DNA of 63,733 nt, filler included, from Octopus bimaculoides (Eukaryota): the NCBI RefSeq assembly GCF_001194135.2. It is 5 parts of 5 records of this genome, joined end to end, with 100 filler letters (N's around TTAATTAATTAA, not from the genome) between each part and the next. Parts side by side here need not be neighbours in the genome. Positions count along the whole stretch, not along the records: positions 35,409 to 61,639 come from NC_068981.1; 4 more parts are not named here. One strand, 5' to 3'. The notes beneath the pieces are model-generated. The model had not been told where the DNA came from. It did no database searches and was given only the letters and a program-made list of their open reading frames with translations. Position 1 is the first letter of the stretch. The number at the start of each line of letters is the position of its first letter. The translations under genes and the position numbers were made by a program. This document shows, in pieces, positions 41,705 to 54,304 of this stretch.

Positions 41705-42149
41705 ATCCTTTCTACTATAGACACAAAGCCTGAAATTTTGAGGGAGGGTGTTCTAGATGATTACATCGAACCAGTGAGTCACTGGTACCTATTTCATCGA
41801 CTCCGAAAAGATAAAAGGCAAAGTCGACCTCGGTAGAATTTGAACTCTGAACGTAAGGATGGACAAAATGCTGCTAAACATTTGGCTCGCGTGCTAATGA
41901 TTCTGCCAGCTTGCCGCTTTTGTTAAAGATTCTTTTCTACTCTAGGCACAAGCACCGACATTTTGGGGGAGGACGCCAGTCGATTAGATCGACCTCAGTA
42001 CGCAACTGGTACTTAATTTATCGACCCCGAAAGGATAAAAGGCAAAGTCGATCTCGGTGGTATTTGAACTCAGAACGTAAATACAAACGAAATTTTGCTA
42101 AGCATTTCACCCGGCGTGCCAACGATTCTGCCAGCTCGCCGCCTTTGCT
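41705..42149 (-). mobile_element. SINE family B, two consecutive copies
   Basis: Reverse-complement matches at 41705-41917 and 41930-42149. Confidence 0.85.
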
Positions 42150-42347
42150 AACGATTCTGCCAGCTCACCGCCTTTGCTAACGATTCTACCAGCTCGCCAC
42201 CTTTGCTAACGATTCTACCAGCTCGCCGCCTTTGCCAACGATTCTGCCAGCTCGCCGCCTTTGCTAACGATTCTACCAGCTTGCCGCCTTTGCCAACGAT
42301 TCTACCAGCTCGCCGCCTTTGCTAATGATTCTACCAGCTCGCCGCCT
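42121..42347 (-). repeat. Minisatellite: about 8 copies of a 29-bp unit equal to the 5' end of SINE family B
   Basis: The unit AACGATTCT(G/A)CCAGCTCGCCGCCTTTGC(T/C) is directly tandem with no spacers. Confidence 0.95.
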
Positions 42348-42884
42348 ATCAATACTAATAGTACTAGGATAGTGTATGAGAACCGCAAGTTTAATATCTT
42401 CTGAAGCCTTAAAATATTTAGAACCTTTTGTCAAGTTTGGTGCCTGAATAGGAGTCTCCTATGCTGCAAATATTCAGCTAGATCTGTGATTAAAGTCTAA
42501 TTCCTTCCTTGTCTCCGATCAGTCTCAGAGAACACTCAAATGAGTCATGGACACTGTTATTCTTTAAGTCACTAAAACATTTAAAAACAGTCGAATAATG
42601 GGTAAATTCACAGCAAGCCAATCTGCGACTCGATTCCAATTATGAATTATAGACATTTTACAATACACAGTTCTTGATATCCAAGAGAAGAAAATAACAT
42701 TAAATATTCCTATTTGTGAGTCTAAAATTATACACCGGTTTGTAAACAACCGGTGGGCCAATCATGCAACGCTGTTTCATTGCTTCGTGAATGTCATTTT
42801 ATGCTCTTAGATGGCTCTGTAAAATAAGGGAGGACATAAGTTGTTACGCTAATTTTACATTAACCCTTGTGACACACACATGTT

Positions 42885-42959
<75 letters not shown>

Positions 42960-43193
42960 TATATATGTGTGTGTGTATTATGTGCATGTACATCTGACAT
43001 ATATGTATGTAGATCTGAGTGCATACACACACATACACACACACANNNNNNNNNNNNNNNNNNNNNNNNNNNNNNNNNNNNNNNNNNNNNNNNNNNNNNN
43101 NNNNNNNNNNNNNNNNNNNNNNNNNNNNNNNNNNNNNNNNNNNNNNNNNNNNNNNNNNNNNNNNNNNNNNNNNNNNNNNNNNNNNNNNNNNNN

Positions 43194-43233
<40 letters not shown>

Positions 43234-44366
43234 AGATGTACATATATTTCAACAATTTAAAATGTTGAACAAATGATACATTAAAACTCTTCTATAATCG
43301 ATGTCACTGAGAAAAAAAAAAGTCTTTTCAAATAATATCAACAACGTATATTCATATTCAATGTTTTATATGGCGCTGAAAATATCTTCCAATGAAATTC
43401 AAAGCAGTTAAATAATGTTATATAGAAGTTCGATAATCAATAATTTTTAAAACATATCAATTCAAAAGCCTTATCGTGTTAACACCTGAAACATGAATTA
43501 AGTAATATATTGATTTTTATTTCTATTTTATTTTTTTATTGCTTAGCCAGAACGGGGGGAGGCATGCGGCCATGACAATTTTCAAGGAGGCCGAATTGGG
43601 AGGAAGGAATGGAGGAGGAGGTTATCCTTCACTGGACACCTAAATAGAATGCTGCCAATTAATTGGATTCTAAAGAAACCAACTGAGGCCTTCGACGAAT
43701 TATATCTACTTTGTAGTAGCAGGAACAATACTTACTCGAAGATTTCTGACAGTTTTGCCTAACAATTTTCACTCAATCGTCTTTGGTCGAAAGAAAACTT
43801 CCTCTGTGTGCTTCCCTACAGAATTTCCGGAGCAAACAGTCATACCCAGCTTAGGTTAAAAATAAACACCCTCAAAATAAAATAGTGACTTTTGCAGTTA
43901 AATGTATTTCCTAATGACCTGCAAAATGTGAAATATCAAACATGGAAATCTAAACCATGTTACAGATTTAACTACCCAGCCTTTTGCCTTTTACTCTATG
44001 GCGACAGTCATGAGGATTACTATTCGCTTTTTCCTTCATTGTTATTGTTGTTCAACCGCAAGTTAGTTCACATACTGCAGACCTATAATCAAAAGTGTTC
44101 TCCTCGTGACTGTTCGGCCTTCCGTTTTACAGATATATTGAGTCGCATATAAAACTTGTCAAATGTGTCATACTTTATATAGGACTGAAGCGTGAGAATT
44201 AAGAGAGATACGATCACATAGATGCTTCTACATGATTGCATCATGTAGATGCTTCCTTGTTAGCTAGCTGTTCGTCAAATGTTTACTCTTGCCTTAGCGC
44301 ATTTATTAATATGCTATTTCTATTACGATGTTGTTACTGCATTGACCGTTCACCAGACAAAAGTAG

Positions 44367-44530
44367 CTTCTTCTTCTTCTTCTTCTTCTTCTTCTTCTTC
44401 TTCTTCTTCTTCTTCTTCTTCTTCTTCTTCTTCTTCTTCTTCTTCTTCTTCTTCTTCTTCTTCTTCTTCTTCTTCTTCTTCTTCTTCTTCTTCTTCTTCT
44501 TCTTCTTCTTCTTCTTCTTCTTCTTCTTCT
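44367..44530. repeat. Perfect (TTC)n microsatellite, about 54 units
   Basis: Read directly from the sequence. Confidence 0.97.
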
Positions 44531-44539
44531 CACTCGACA

Positions 44540-45550
44540 AAACGTATGAACATTTAGAAGAGGCGGAGAAATACATCAATAGACTAGAACAGGGAAAAGT
44601 TTCACTCAACAGACCACAATAATTTTGAGGCCATACAGAAGAAGAAAACTTATTTATAGATACTTGTCAATGAAAAGACACAAATTAAAGCGCATACCTT
44701 CAGTCAAAGCTGAATTCTGTCTGAGAAACACACGACAAAATAGTAATTTTGTGGGATATACTCATAAGTTCGGATATCCGAGTTATTTTGCACTCGGAAA
44801 CCCTAGCTCAGAAGCACTCCAGCATCTCACAAAGGACTGGAGGTTTTACAATAATACCTATTTGTCCAGGACGGAGAAGAACCCAGTAAAATCTGAAACG
44901 TCCCACCAAAACTAGACTTCTGGTAGATGGTGAAATGTGTGCTTTTGGATGTCCCTAGCATGCTGCTACAAAAAAATTCCGGAAAGAAAAAAGGGTTGTT
45001 ATGGCTGTTGGAGATTCTAATTCAAGTAAAAACCTGGTTCACTGGATAAAATACCTGACCTAATAGAAATCCAAGAAGGGCAGTAACAGCAAGTGGTAGG
45101 GGAAACAGAAGGCCTCGATGCTACAACTGTGGAAACACTAATCATATCAAGGTTTAGTCCCCCCCCCCAATAAGGAATTCACTACTGCCAATACCGCAAT
45201 ATCAGCACCACCAACAGCAGCGACCACAATACGACAGCTACAATTATAGCATGGAACTTCATCAACAGTGATAGCAACACCAGTTACAAGACTAGAAGCA
45301 GCACCTACAACAACAACAACGACAACACCAAAAGTGGAAACAACTATAACAGTAACCAAAAAAGAATCACCATCGTTAAGAGCCACCACATCACCAGGAA
45401 CAACAACAGTAACTGAAAGCTCCGAAACAGCAAAACCAAGAGACAATGACTGCGTCTCCCTAAAGGTATATCTCTCCCAGTCTGGAATTACTCAAGCATG
45501 TCGTATGGTGAAAGCAACGGATAAAAAAGCAAATGGCAACAACAAGTAAT
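44540..45550 (+). mobile_element. Degenerate L1/Tx1-like ORF1 (gag-like, CCHC zinc knuckle remnant)
   Basis: Frameshifted pieces read ETLAQKHSS..IIPICPGRRRT, KI*NVPPKL, LDKIPDLIEI and NRRPRCYNCGNTNHI (about 45100-45150; CX2CX4H with the last Cys lost), followed by a Thr-rich linker. No ORF2 follows. Confidence 0.45.
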
Positions 45551-46794
45551 GAACAGAAAGTGGACTAAAATGGGACTAAATGTCATGCCAAAGCCAAAAC
45601 ATAAAGCTTGGTCGAAACAAATGGAATACCTTTCAAAAACCCGACGACACAATCCCCACTAACGACAACAACAATACTACCAACACCATCATCCTAATTT
45701 TCTGTACAGTCACTACCATCACAGACCTAACCATCAGCATAAACACCAGTGAAACCCACTATATATTCAAACTGAAAACAACTGCAAAGAATATGCGTTC
45801 ATGGCTCCGCAGATGGTACATTGCGTTCTAGTCAAGCATTTTTGTTTCATATCATACTGCATTTCTAGTCTGTTCTCTGACATTGTATTCGTTATCAGTA
45901 TTTTTTTCCTTCAAAACTAATTTTTCGTGAACCTTAATTTATAATGCATACTGGAAATCTAACCAGCTGAGTCCTTCAATTTTCCTAGGTTTTGAAGTCT
46001 GAAAGACGAGAATTGAAACCGAGAGGTTATTTGAATTTATTAGTAAATAAACTAAGTAATTCGTGAATGTTTCGCTTCTTTTGCTACAATTTTACTTGAT
46101 AAGAGGAAGTATTTTATTTAAAAATTGAAAAAATCTGGTACAGAACCGAATTTAAATAGAACCTTTTAGTAATTTTTATTAAATATAAGGTCATATTGTT
46201 GACAATTAATAAGCAGCTTCCGAGTAGTTATATTCTTCCCAAAATCTAAACGCTTACTTTTATTTACCTATTTTCCTTGCTTTATCTATTAAATAAACAA
46301 ATGAATTATAAAGCCTGAGATTTACTGTAAGTGAATGCACTTGAATCTACCCAAATGGTTTGGTGTGATTCATTCACGATCACAAGATCGGGATTTCGAT
46401 TACCGGACCAAGTAGCGTATTGTTTTCTTGAGCAAAACACGGCATTCCACGTTGCTCCATCCACTCACTTGTAAATGAGTAATCCTGAAACGGCCAGGCG
46501 TCCGCACAGGAGTTTTGTTATGATTTTGGCTGCTTATACGCCACAGAGACTGGATAACCCAATAAGTTCTAAGAATCGAGGCCGTAATGTCCAGTGGTTC
46601 TTTACGACATCGTTAATGATGATGATTAGCAGAAGCTAAACTTTTCTCATGTGAGGAAGATTTACCTTCTATTTCTGTGAGCTGTGCGTCTATATAGGCT
46701 TTCCTTCGTTGGCTTATATTCAAAACGGTGTTAAATCAAAGAATTTATGCCATTGAAGTAACTTGCAAAGTAGCGCACACACCCTTACACACAC

Positions 46795-46834
<40 letters not shown>

Positions 46835-47272
46835 ATGTATATACTGACGCTCTCTGGAGTTAGTACTCTTGAAGACTTTGATGTCTAGATTCATTCTTTT
46901 GAAATGTGGAAATCTAAAGTTGAATATCCACGTCTACATCAACACGATAATCGAATTCCGTTTTTTCTTTCGCAAAAGCCTACTATTGTGGAATCAACAA
47001 TTTTATATCTAACCCAGATTAAGAAACCTTCTTGGCGTCAGATGTTAGATAATCAAAAGTAGTCCAACTTAAACTGTGCATAACTACTGGAGCAAAATAT
47101 CTGATTAATTTCCAGTAATGAGTAATTACACTTAAGTAATTAAAAACCAACGTTCCACTGTATGAATTTTTTTTCTTTCCAGTTGCCAAATATTAAATAG
47201 GTAGATTTTAAGGAAAATATGCTCATATATCGACGTACGTAACAATTCGAACTTTATAAAAATAATAACAGC

Positions 47273-47334
<62 letters not shown>

Positions 47335-47335
<1 letters not shown>

Positions 47336-47540
47336 CCTTTCTACTAAAGGCACAAGAGAATCCCTTTGTGGGGAGGGGACTAGTCGATTACACCGACCCA
47401 GTTCTCCAGTGGTACTTGATTTATCGACGACGAAAGGATGAAAGGTAAAGTCGACTTCGACGGAATTTGAACTCACAGCGTAAGGACGGGCGAGATGCCG
47501 CTAAGCATTGTATCCGGCGTGCATACGATTCTGTCAGTTC
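47335..47540 (-). mobile_element. SINE family B with long (AAT)n tail
   Basis: Body match; the (AAT)n at about 47274-47334 is the tail. Confidence 0.8.
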
Positions 47541-47546
47541 TCTGTC

Positions 47547-47677
47547 TTTGCGGGGCATGATGTAAAGTGTCAGCTGTTCACAGCCAGCAGACTAAGGTGA
47601 CACTTCTTTACTGGTCAAAAAGTGTCACTTCAGTCTGCTGGCTGTGATCAGCTGATACTTTCCATCATATCCAGCAA

Positions 47678-47678
<1 letters not shown>
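47547..47678. mobile_element. Foldback or MITE-like palindrome
   Basis: Arms of about 58 bp (47548-47605 and 47620-47677) are reverse complements with about 8 mismatches, around a 14-nt loop. Confidence 0.75.
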
Positions 47679-47747
<69 letters not shown>

Positions 47748-47945
47748 GCCCGGATGCAGTACCAGGCAGTGGCTCACATGGCTTCTGATCTTAATTGATT
47801 GGAAGTGTTATCATGTACAGTGTTTTGGCTTGGTATAAAAAGTAAGTACCAGTGAAGAAGTGAGGTCGATGTAATTGACTAACACCCATTACACAAAATT
47901 TCAGGCCTTGTGCCAATTGTAGAAAGAATTATTATTATTATTATT

Positions 47946-48300
47946 GAGTTAAAGATCAGCACATGCCATCAAAATGACGCTGGGGTACAAACATACGATG
48001 AACAAAACACCCATGCTTCCAGGGGTGAATTATCCCAACCCAAAAGAATCCTTCAACACATGGTTATGATGCTGCTCCACTACTCCTGCTCGTGATCAGA
48101 GATGCACATATATCGTCAGTCACTAAGAGACATAATCAACTGATTAAAGTCCAGTAACTGATAGGTAAATCCGTGGTATTGAACAGAATATTTGCTGTAG
48201 CCCATCTTTTACACCAAGACAAAACAATGTACATGTTGACACTTAACACATGTTAAGATCAGAAGTCAGGAGATCCACTACCTGGTATTGCATTAGAACA
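47946..48300 (+). mobile_element. Family G copy with an internal deletion, between two (TTA)n tracts
   Basis: Aligns with the reverse complement of 53637-54195 at both ends. Confidence 0.8.
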
Positions 48301-48366
<66 letters not shown>

Positions 48367-48377
48367 TTTAAGAATGC

Positions 48378-48790
48378 AGGAAGCTGGCAGAAACGTTAGC
48401 ACGCCGGACGAAATGCTTAGCGGTATTTCATTCGTCTTTACGTTCTAAGTTCAAATTACGCCGAGGTCGACTTTGCTTTTCAACGTTTCGAGTTGATTAA
48501 ATAAGCACCAGTTACGCATTGGGGTCGATGTAATCGATTTAATCCCTTCTCCCAAATTTGAAGCCTTAGGGGACGAGCTGGGTGAATCGTTAGCATGACG
48601 GGCGAAATGCTTAGCGGTATTTTGTCTGCCGCTGCGTCCTTAGTTGAAATTGTGCCGAAGTCGACACTTTGCCTCTCATTCTTTCGGGGTCGATGAAATA
48701 AGTACCAGATGAGCACTGGGGTCATAATAATCGACTATCCCCCTCCCTCAAATTCCAGGCCTTGTGCCTATAGTAGAAAGGATTATAATT
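48378..48790 (+). mobile_element. SINE family B, two consecutive copies
   Basis: Two heads (GAGCTGG..CGTTAGCA), B boxes and bodies. Confidence 0.85.
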
Positions 48791-49511
48791 GTTATTGTCA
48801 TTATCGTTGTTATTATTATTGTTTATCTTTGAGGTAAGTTAAGTTTTCTTCAGGGTTCTCTTTCACTAGCTGCTCTTAGTACTACTGTATCATTCATCAA
48901 ATCTGTAGCTGTGTGACTACTTGGGGCAGCGAGGGGTTCGCTTCTGTGGTGTGGTATCTATTTATAGTCGTGTACACTGAGTCATTCTAGAATCAAGTGT
49001 TTACTATGGAGGGCTTAGCATGGAATACAAACCATCGATCTCGCGTAGGATTATCTGCTATCTTATCTGATTGGCCTGTCGTGTTTTCAATATATTTGGA
49101 AAATATCTTGTAGAATTTTTATATTGCTTTCATGCGATGACATCGTTTCCTTATTTATTCCTTTACTTAATTTTGCTATACTTCTTTTCTTATTTACACC
49201 TGCGACGGATCATATCACATAAAACACATATTTCGTAAGGTTTCTCATCATACGGTTACAATAAATCAAAATAATAATCAAAAATACAAATCAAAATAGC
49301 CATATTTGCTTACATATAAGGTGTGCCTTTTCGTGAAAATATATGACCGCCAATAAAACTAAAGAGATGAGATAGGTTCATTTTGTTATTGGTTTACTTG
49401 TTTAGTTCCAGATTAATAAATATCGAGGAGACCTAAGATCAAAGATATTCAACCCTTGCCAATTCCGTTTTATGAGATACATTTCCTTTTAATATCTGGG
49501 ATAACATGTAA

Positions 49512-49882
49512 GACGGCGAGTTGACAGAATCGTTAGCATACCAGGCAAAATGCTTAGTGACGTTTCATCTGTCTTTACGGTCTGAGTTCAAATTCCATCG
49601 CAGGGTTGACAAAATAAGTATCAGTTGGACACTGGAGGTTGATGTAATTGACTTTATCCCCTAACACCACCCAAAATTGGCGGGCTTGTGTCAAAATTTA
49701 GAACCAATATCTAAGACAACATGTAAGGCAGAATCGTTAGCACATAGAGGAAAATGCTTAGCGACATTTCGTCCTTCTTTACGTTCTCAGGTTCAAATTC
49801 CTATTTGAACACTGGAGTCAATGTAATCAACTTACATTTCCCCCCAAATTGCTGGCCTTGTGCCAAAATTTGAAACAAATTA
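49512..49882 (+). mobile_element. SINE family B, two copies with internal deletions
   Basis: GGCGAGTTGACAGAATCGTTAGCA and GGCAGAATCGTTAGCAC heads, each followed by a partial body. Confidence 0.75.
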
Positions 49883-52259
49883 CTAGAGCAATATTATGCA
49901 ATGTACCCTCCCTATTTTTAAGACTCCAGGTTGTGAGTTGAGATTTGGCTACTGTTTCTTACATTTCGATTGATGTCGTACAGGCTCATTTCATGACTCG
50001 AGTGAGATAGCATAGATGGAATGGCGAAAATACAGCCTAATCAATGAATAAAACGTTCCTATGAATGCAAAATTTTATCCAACAAATTTGTTGACATTAA
50101 ATGCAATTAACATCCAAAGAATAATAAGCATTATAATTGTGCAGTGAGGAAGACATAGCACTAGCTCAAAAGCTACTGTTGTCTTAAACTTTGCTGTTCT
50201 TAAGGAATTTGTGAGCTGAGAAATATAAAGTAAATATATAATATTGAACAATAATGCTCCGATGATGAGGTCAAATAACACCGAAACAGAGTTGTTGCTC
50301 CTACTTCCTGGAATGATTTAAACGAGATTGTCACTAAGCTAATCTTTCATTGCCTAATTACTATTTCTAATTAGATATTCGATACTCACTACCATAAAGA
50401 TATCAACACTAACATAGTTTTTTTTATGCAGATAGATAGGTGATGTCTGTGAGAAAATATTGTGTGATTTACCATTTAAAATGTCCTAACTCTTGGTTTA
50501 AACAATAGTAAATTCTGTCGATATCTTGATCGATAAAACAACTACAGACAATGTAAATTTTTGAAAAAATATACACGCAGTTAAACAGATACATAAAAAA
50601 CACAATCATGAACACAAATATATACATACATTACACCTTTTTAAAAACTTTTTTTGATCGAAGGAAAAAAAAACTGTAGAAATTGATACGCGTGCGAGCT
50701 AGTAGATTTACTAACGAAAAGATGCTGACTTTATCCTGATTTAGAATAAATGATATACTATGATACATAAGTCCACAGAACATTACTGATCGCTTTACGA
50801 AATATATCTAATTTATCAACTAGGATTAGTTTTTTTTAGTATATTTTTTTTAAGCTATGTCTGTTGCCATTTACTTGGTTAGATAGAGGAACTGATAGCA
50901 CAATGTTTTTTTACATCAAGTGATATAATGATGTCCGGATGGCGGTTTGATAACAGCAAAATATATAGTGAAGTGGGTTGATAACAGTCACGTCTAGGAA
51001 AGGTTGGTGATGATAGTGTGCGGGGTGATAGACAGATAACTAGATGTGCAAATGAAAGTCCGATAATACGATGTCTGTCTCATAACATTAAAACCAGTTA
51101 TATTTTATTCGTGATAAAATACAAGACGAGGAGAGCAACAGCTGCCTGCCAGATTCTGTTTGATTTATCTAGTCATGTAAACCGACACTATTATAGACAC
51201 ATAAAAAAACAGAACTAAAATTAATAGAAAGATATATAAATGCTTGCTAATTAAATGAAATAAAACCTTGCTAATTGCACTAATTGCAACAAAAACATGG
51301 CATTATATAAATGCAGAAGAGAAACAGGAGTTGTTATGTGTTTAACTTTGCCGATCTAGTTATTTGTTAGTGGTTCGTGAGAAAAACATGTTAACATAGG
51401 AGTTCAGCAACTAAATATGGATTATTTCAGCATATCACCAGAGGAGGTATAATCTGTTAAAAACAGTAGAAACTTAAAAATGGAAAAGTAGTTAGTTTCA
51501 GTAGTAGTATTTTTGTTGTTGGTAGTATGCAGCCGTAACTATACTTCCCGAGACACATAATACTTTTTGCACATAATACATCGTTCAATTTGCCCTTCGT
51601 TTTTAAGATGTTATATTGTAAATTAAACAGAGATTTGGTTGCTATAGCACTCCTTATTCGCTCGCTATTAAGTTTCATTGTAATTTTATCCTGTACTATA
51701 TGATCAATTAAGCCATACATTTAACAGCAATTATCCTGTATAAGACATTCTCTATGTTGTTGCAGCCAAATCTTCCTGTAATCACACCTCACTGTCTTGA
51801 GAAAAGAAAGACCGTATTGGACATTGTAGTTCTAGATACTAAATAAGAATAAGTTTTAGATCTGAACTTTTCGATAAACAATATTAGCAAAAAAGCCAAC
51901 AAGCATGAGATTTCTTGAAGATTTTGAGAAGTCAATGGTGCTGTGAAATCTAGCTAAGCATAAACATTCCTTGGGATAGGTGAAACATTTATCTGGGATT
52001 ACATAATCATGCAGAAAGGTTGTAAGAACTTTAGTAGTGATGTAATATTAGTTTATAAGTTTCACTGGAAAGAAATCCCCAACTTATGATGCTAAAGCGT
52101 GAATGATACGTTAATACAAAAAATGATACTGTAATAAAAACAACACTGATAAGAGCTGATTACAAGTAAACACCGTAATATGAAATGATAAAATTTTATT
52201 GTAAAATGAAATTTACAATGATTTAGAACGGACTATTTTGTTGACATGTCTGAATTTTG

Positions 52260-52480
52260 TGCCAGAGATTTGCAGAATCGTGAGAACATCGGACAAAATG
52301 TATTACTGAGTTTAGCTACGACACATTACGTTCTGAGTTCAAATTTCATCGAAGTCAACTTTTCCTTTCATTTTTCATCGTCAATAAAGTAAAATGTCAC
52401 TTATGTACAAGGGTAAATTTACTCTGCTAAAAGCTTGTACCCAAATTGATGACCTCGTGCCTACGTTAGAAATTATTAAC
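52260..52480 (+). mobile_element. SINE family B, diverged
   Basis: TACGTTCTGAGTTCAAATTTCATCGAAGTCAACTTTTCCTTTCAT. Confidence 0.6.
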
Positions 52481-53539
52481 GTTATAGTTTATTTCCCTGT
52501 CAGCCCTTACTGAGAAGACATGTGACCAGCGACACTCTTGTCGTCTGCCACNNNNNNNNNNNNNNNNNNNNNNNNNNNNNNNNNNNNNNNNNNNNNNNNN
52601 NNNNNNNNNNNNNNNNNNNNNNNNNNNNNNNNNNNNNNNNNNNNNNNNNNNNNNNNNNNNNNNNNNNNNNNNNNNNNNNNNNNNNNNNNNNNNNNNNNNN
52701 NNNNNNNNNNNNNNNNNNNNNNNNNNNNNNNNNNNNNNNNNNNNNNNNNNNNNNNNNNNNNNNNNNNNNNNNNNNNNNNNNNNNNNNNNNNNNNNNNNNN
52801 NNNNNNNNNNNNNNNNNNNNNNNNNNNNNNNNNNNNNATATATATATATTGGACAACTTTATTTAGCGAGTGTAATCATCTGTCTTTAAGAGGGTAGGGT
52901 GTAATTCGAAGTAATTTCGGCAACAAATTCTTGCAGGTCAAATAGCTCTATAGAACTGGTATCCTATTATTGTCGCTGTCTATCCGAGGGGGTGTGGAAG
53001 AGTTTTTAGAATGATTTACGCTTTATGTAATATTTGGTTGGTACTTGTTGTTCAGCTCCTGGAAAGTCCTGATAGAGTAGAGCAATGATCAAGGGTAATC
53101 CAGCGATGACCTCTCCGTTCCACTTTCGTGCAAAGTCATGCAGGATCTACATTATTTGAAGTGTTCTACTCAAAACATATATACACATACATATGTATAC
53201 ATGTATGTGTGTATGTGTGTGTGTGCTTACGCATACATATAGTAGTTCAACTCACGTCCGTTTGATCATGGGAGCATGGATTGGACAAATATATATTAAT
53301 GAGACATTGTTTTAAAGCTCTCTTATCGCTAACCTTTACATTTTTCTGTTGATTCAAGTAAGGGACACTCTTCTGCTCCTTCTGAGATTGGTAGGATGAT
53401 TGGAGAAGGATACCTTCAAACTGAAGATTGAAACAGGGAAGACTCCACCACAGGCACCTAAAAACCTTTTGGTGGTGTTAAACCGGGCGACCAATTAAGT
53501 CTCTCTTCTGCTATAGCCTGTTAAAGAATAAAACAGAAA

Positions 53540-53605
53540 TATGGCGTAGTGGTTAAGAGCGTGGGCTGCTAACCCCAAGATTCCGAGTTCGATTCCAGGC
53601 AGTGA

Positions 53606-53609
<4 letters not shown>
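53540..53609 (+). mobile_element. tRNA-like SINE head (not a functional tRNA)
   Basis: A box TGGCGTAGTGG, anticodon arm GGG-CTGCTAA-CCC and B box GAGTTCGATTCC. There is no good acceptor stem and no Ser-type long variable arm. Confidence 0.7.
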
Positions 53610-53636
<27 letters not shown>

Positions 53637-53640
<4 letters not shown>

Positions 53641-54195
53641 GCCCGGATGCAGTACCAGGCAGTGGCTCTCATGGCTTCTGATCTTAACTGATTGGAAGTG
53701 TTATCATGTACATTGTTTTGTCTTGGTATAAAAAGATGGGCTACAGCAAATATTCTGCTTGATACCACAGATTTGCTTGTCAGTTGTTCGACCTTAATCA
53801 GTTGAGCATGTCCCTTGGTGGCTGACGATATGTGCATCTCTGATCATGAGCAGAAGCAGTGGGGGATTATCATAGCCATGACTTGAGAGGAATTCTTTGG
53901 GGTTTGAATAATTTACCTTTGGAAACATGGGTGTTTTGCTCAACATCCTTAAACAAACCTTATTCAGGGACTTTTTGAGCGGGATGGGCTACTCGACCTG
54001 AGGAAAATTCTAACTGGGCCCCACCTGCGAGGTCATGCGCTGTTTATCTTGGTATGAGATCACCATGTTGCGTACATATGGTTGTGATGCATGTGCCTGG
54101 TGTCCCCTTATCAGACGGGTAGTCATGATGGGTATTCTGGGCTTCGTATATTTTACCCTAGTGTCACTTTGATGGCACGCACTACTCTCTCACTC
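53637..54195 (-). mobile_element. Non-autonomous repeat family G inserted in (AAT)n
   Basis: Flanked by (AAT)n on both sides. Homologous pieces lie at 47745-47826, 47946-48300 and 59485-59575. Confidence 0.8.
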
Positions 54196-54258
54196 AATAA
54201 TAATAATAATAACAACAACAACATCGAAAAATACCTTAGGAATGAGAAATTACCCCAA

Positions 54259-54304
54259 GACACTTGATGAAGGCTGGAGGGTATATCAGCCGAAACGTTG
54301 TGTT
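54259..54304 (+). ncRNA. Minimal type I hammerhead-ribozyme-like motif (C3U variant)
   Basis: GACAC-TTGATGA-A-GGCTG(gagggtatat)CAGCC-GAAA-CGTT|GTGTT. Stems I and II pair, and a palindromic AACGTT replaces stem III. Confidence 0.55.

Noticed and set aside
42121-42347. CRISPR-like array of 29-bp repeats
   Set aside because: The repeats are contiguous with no spacers, derive from a SINE head, and lie in eukaryotic DNA with no cas genes.
45268-45549. Mucin-like Thr-rich protein
   Set aside because: It is a low-complexity linker following a retroelement ORF1 remnant, with no signal peptide or convincing splice context.
52870-53160. Open minus-strand frame ILHDFARKWNGEVIAGLPLII...
   Set aside because: The splice acceptor is weak, the peptide is unrecognised, and it adjoins degraded repeat sequence.
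53540-53609. tRNA-Ser(GCT) gene
   Set aside because: It has no complete acceptor stem and no long variable arm, and it runs into a repeat body. The same applies to the tRNA-like heads at 4244 and 57400-57469.
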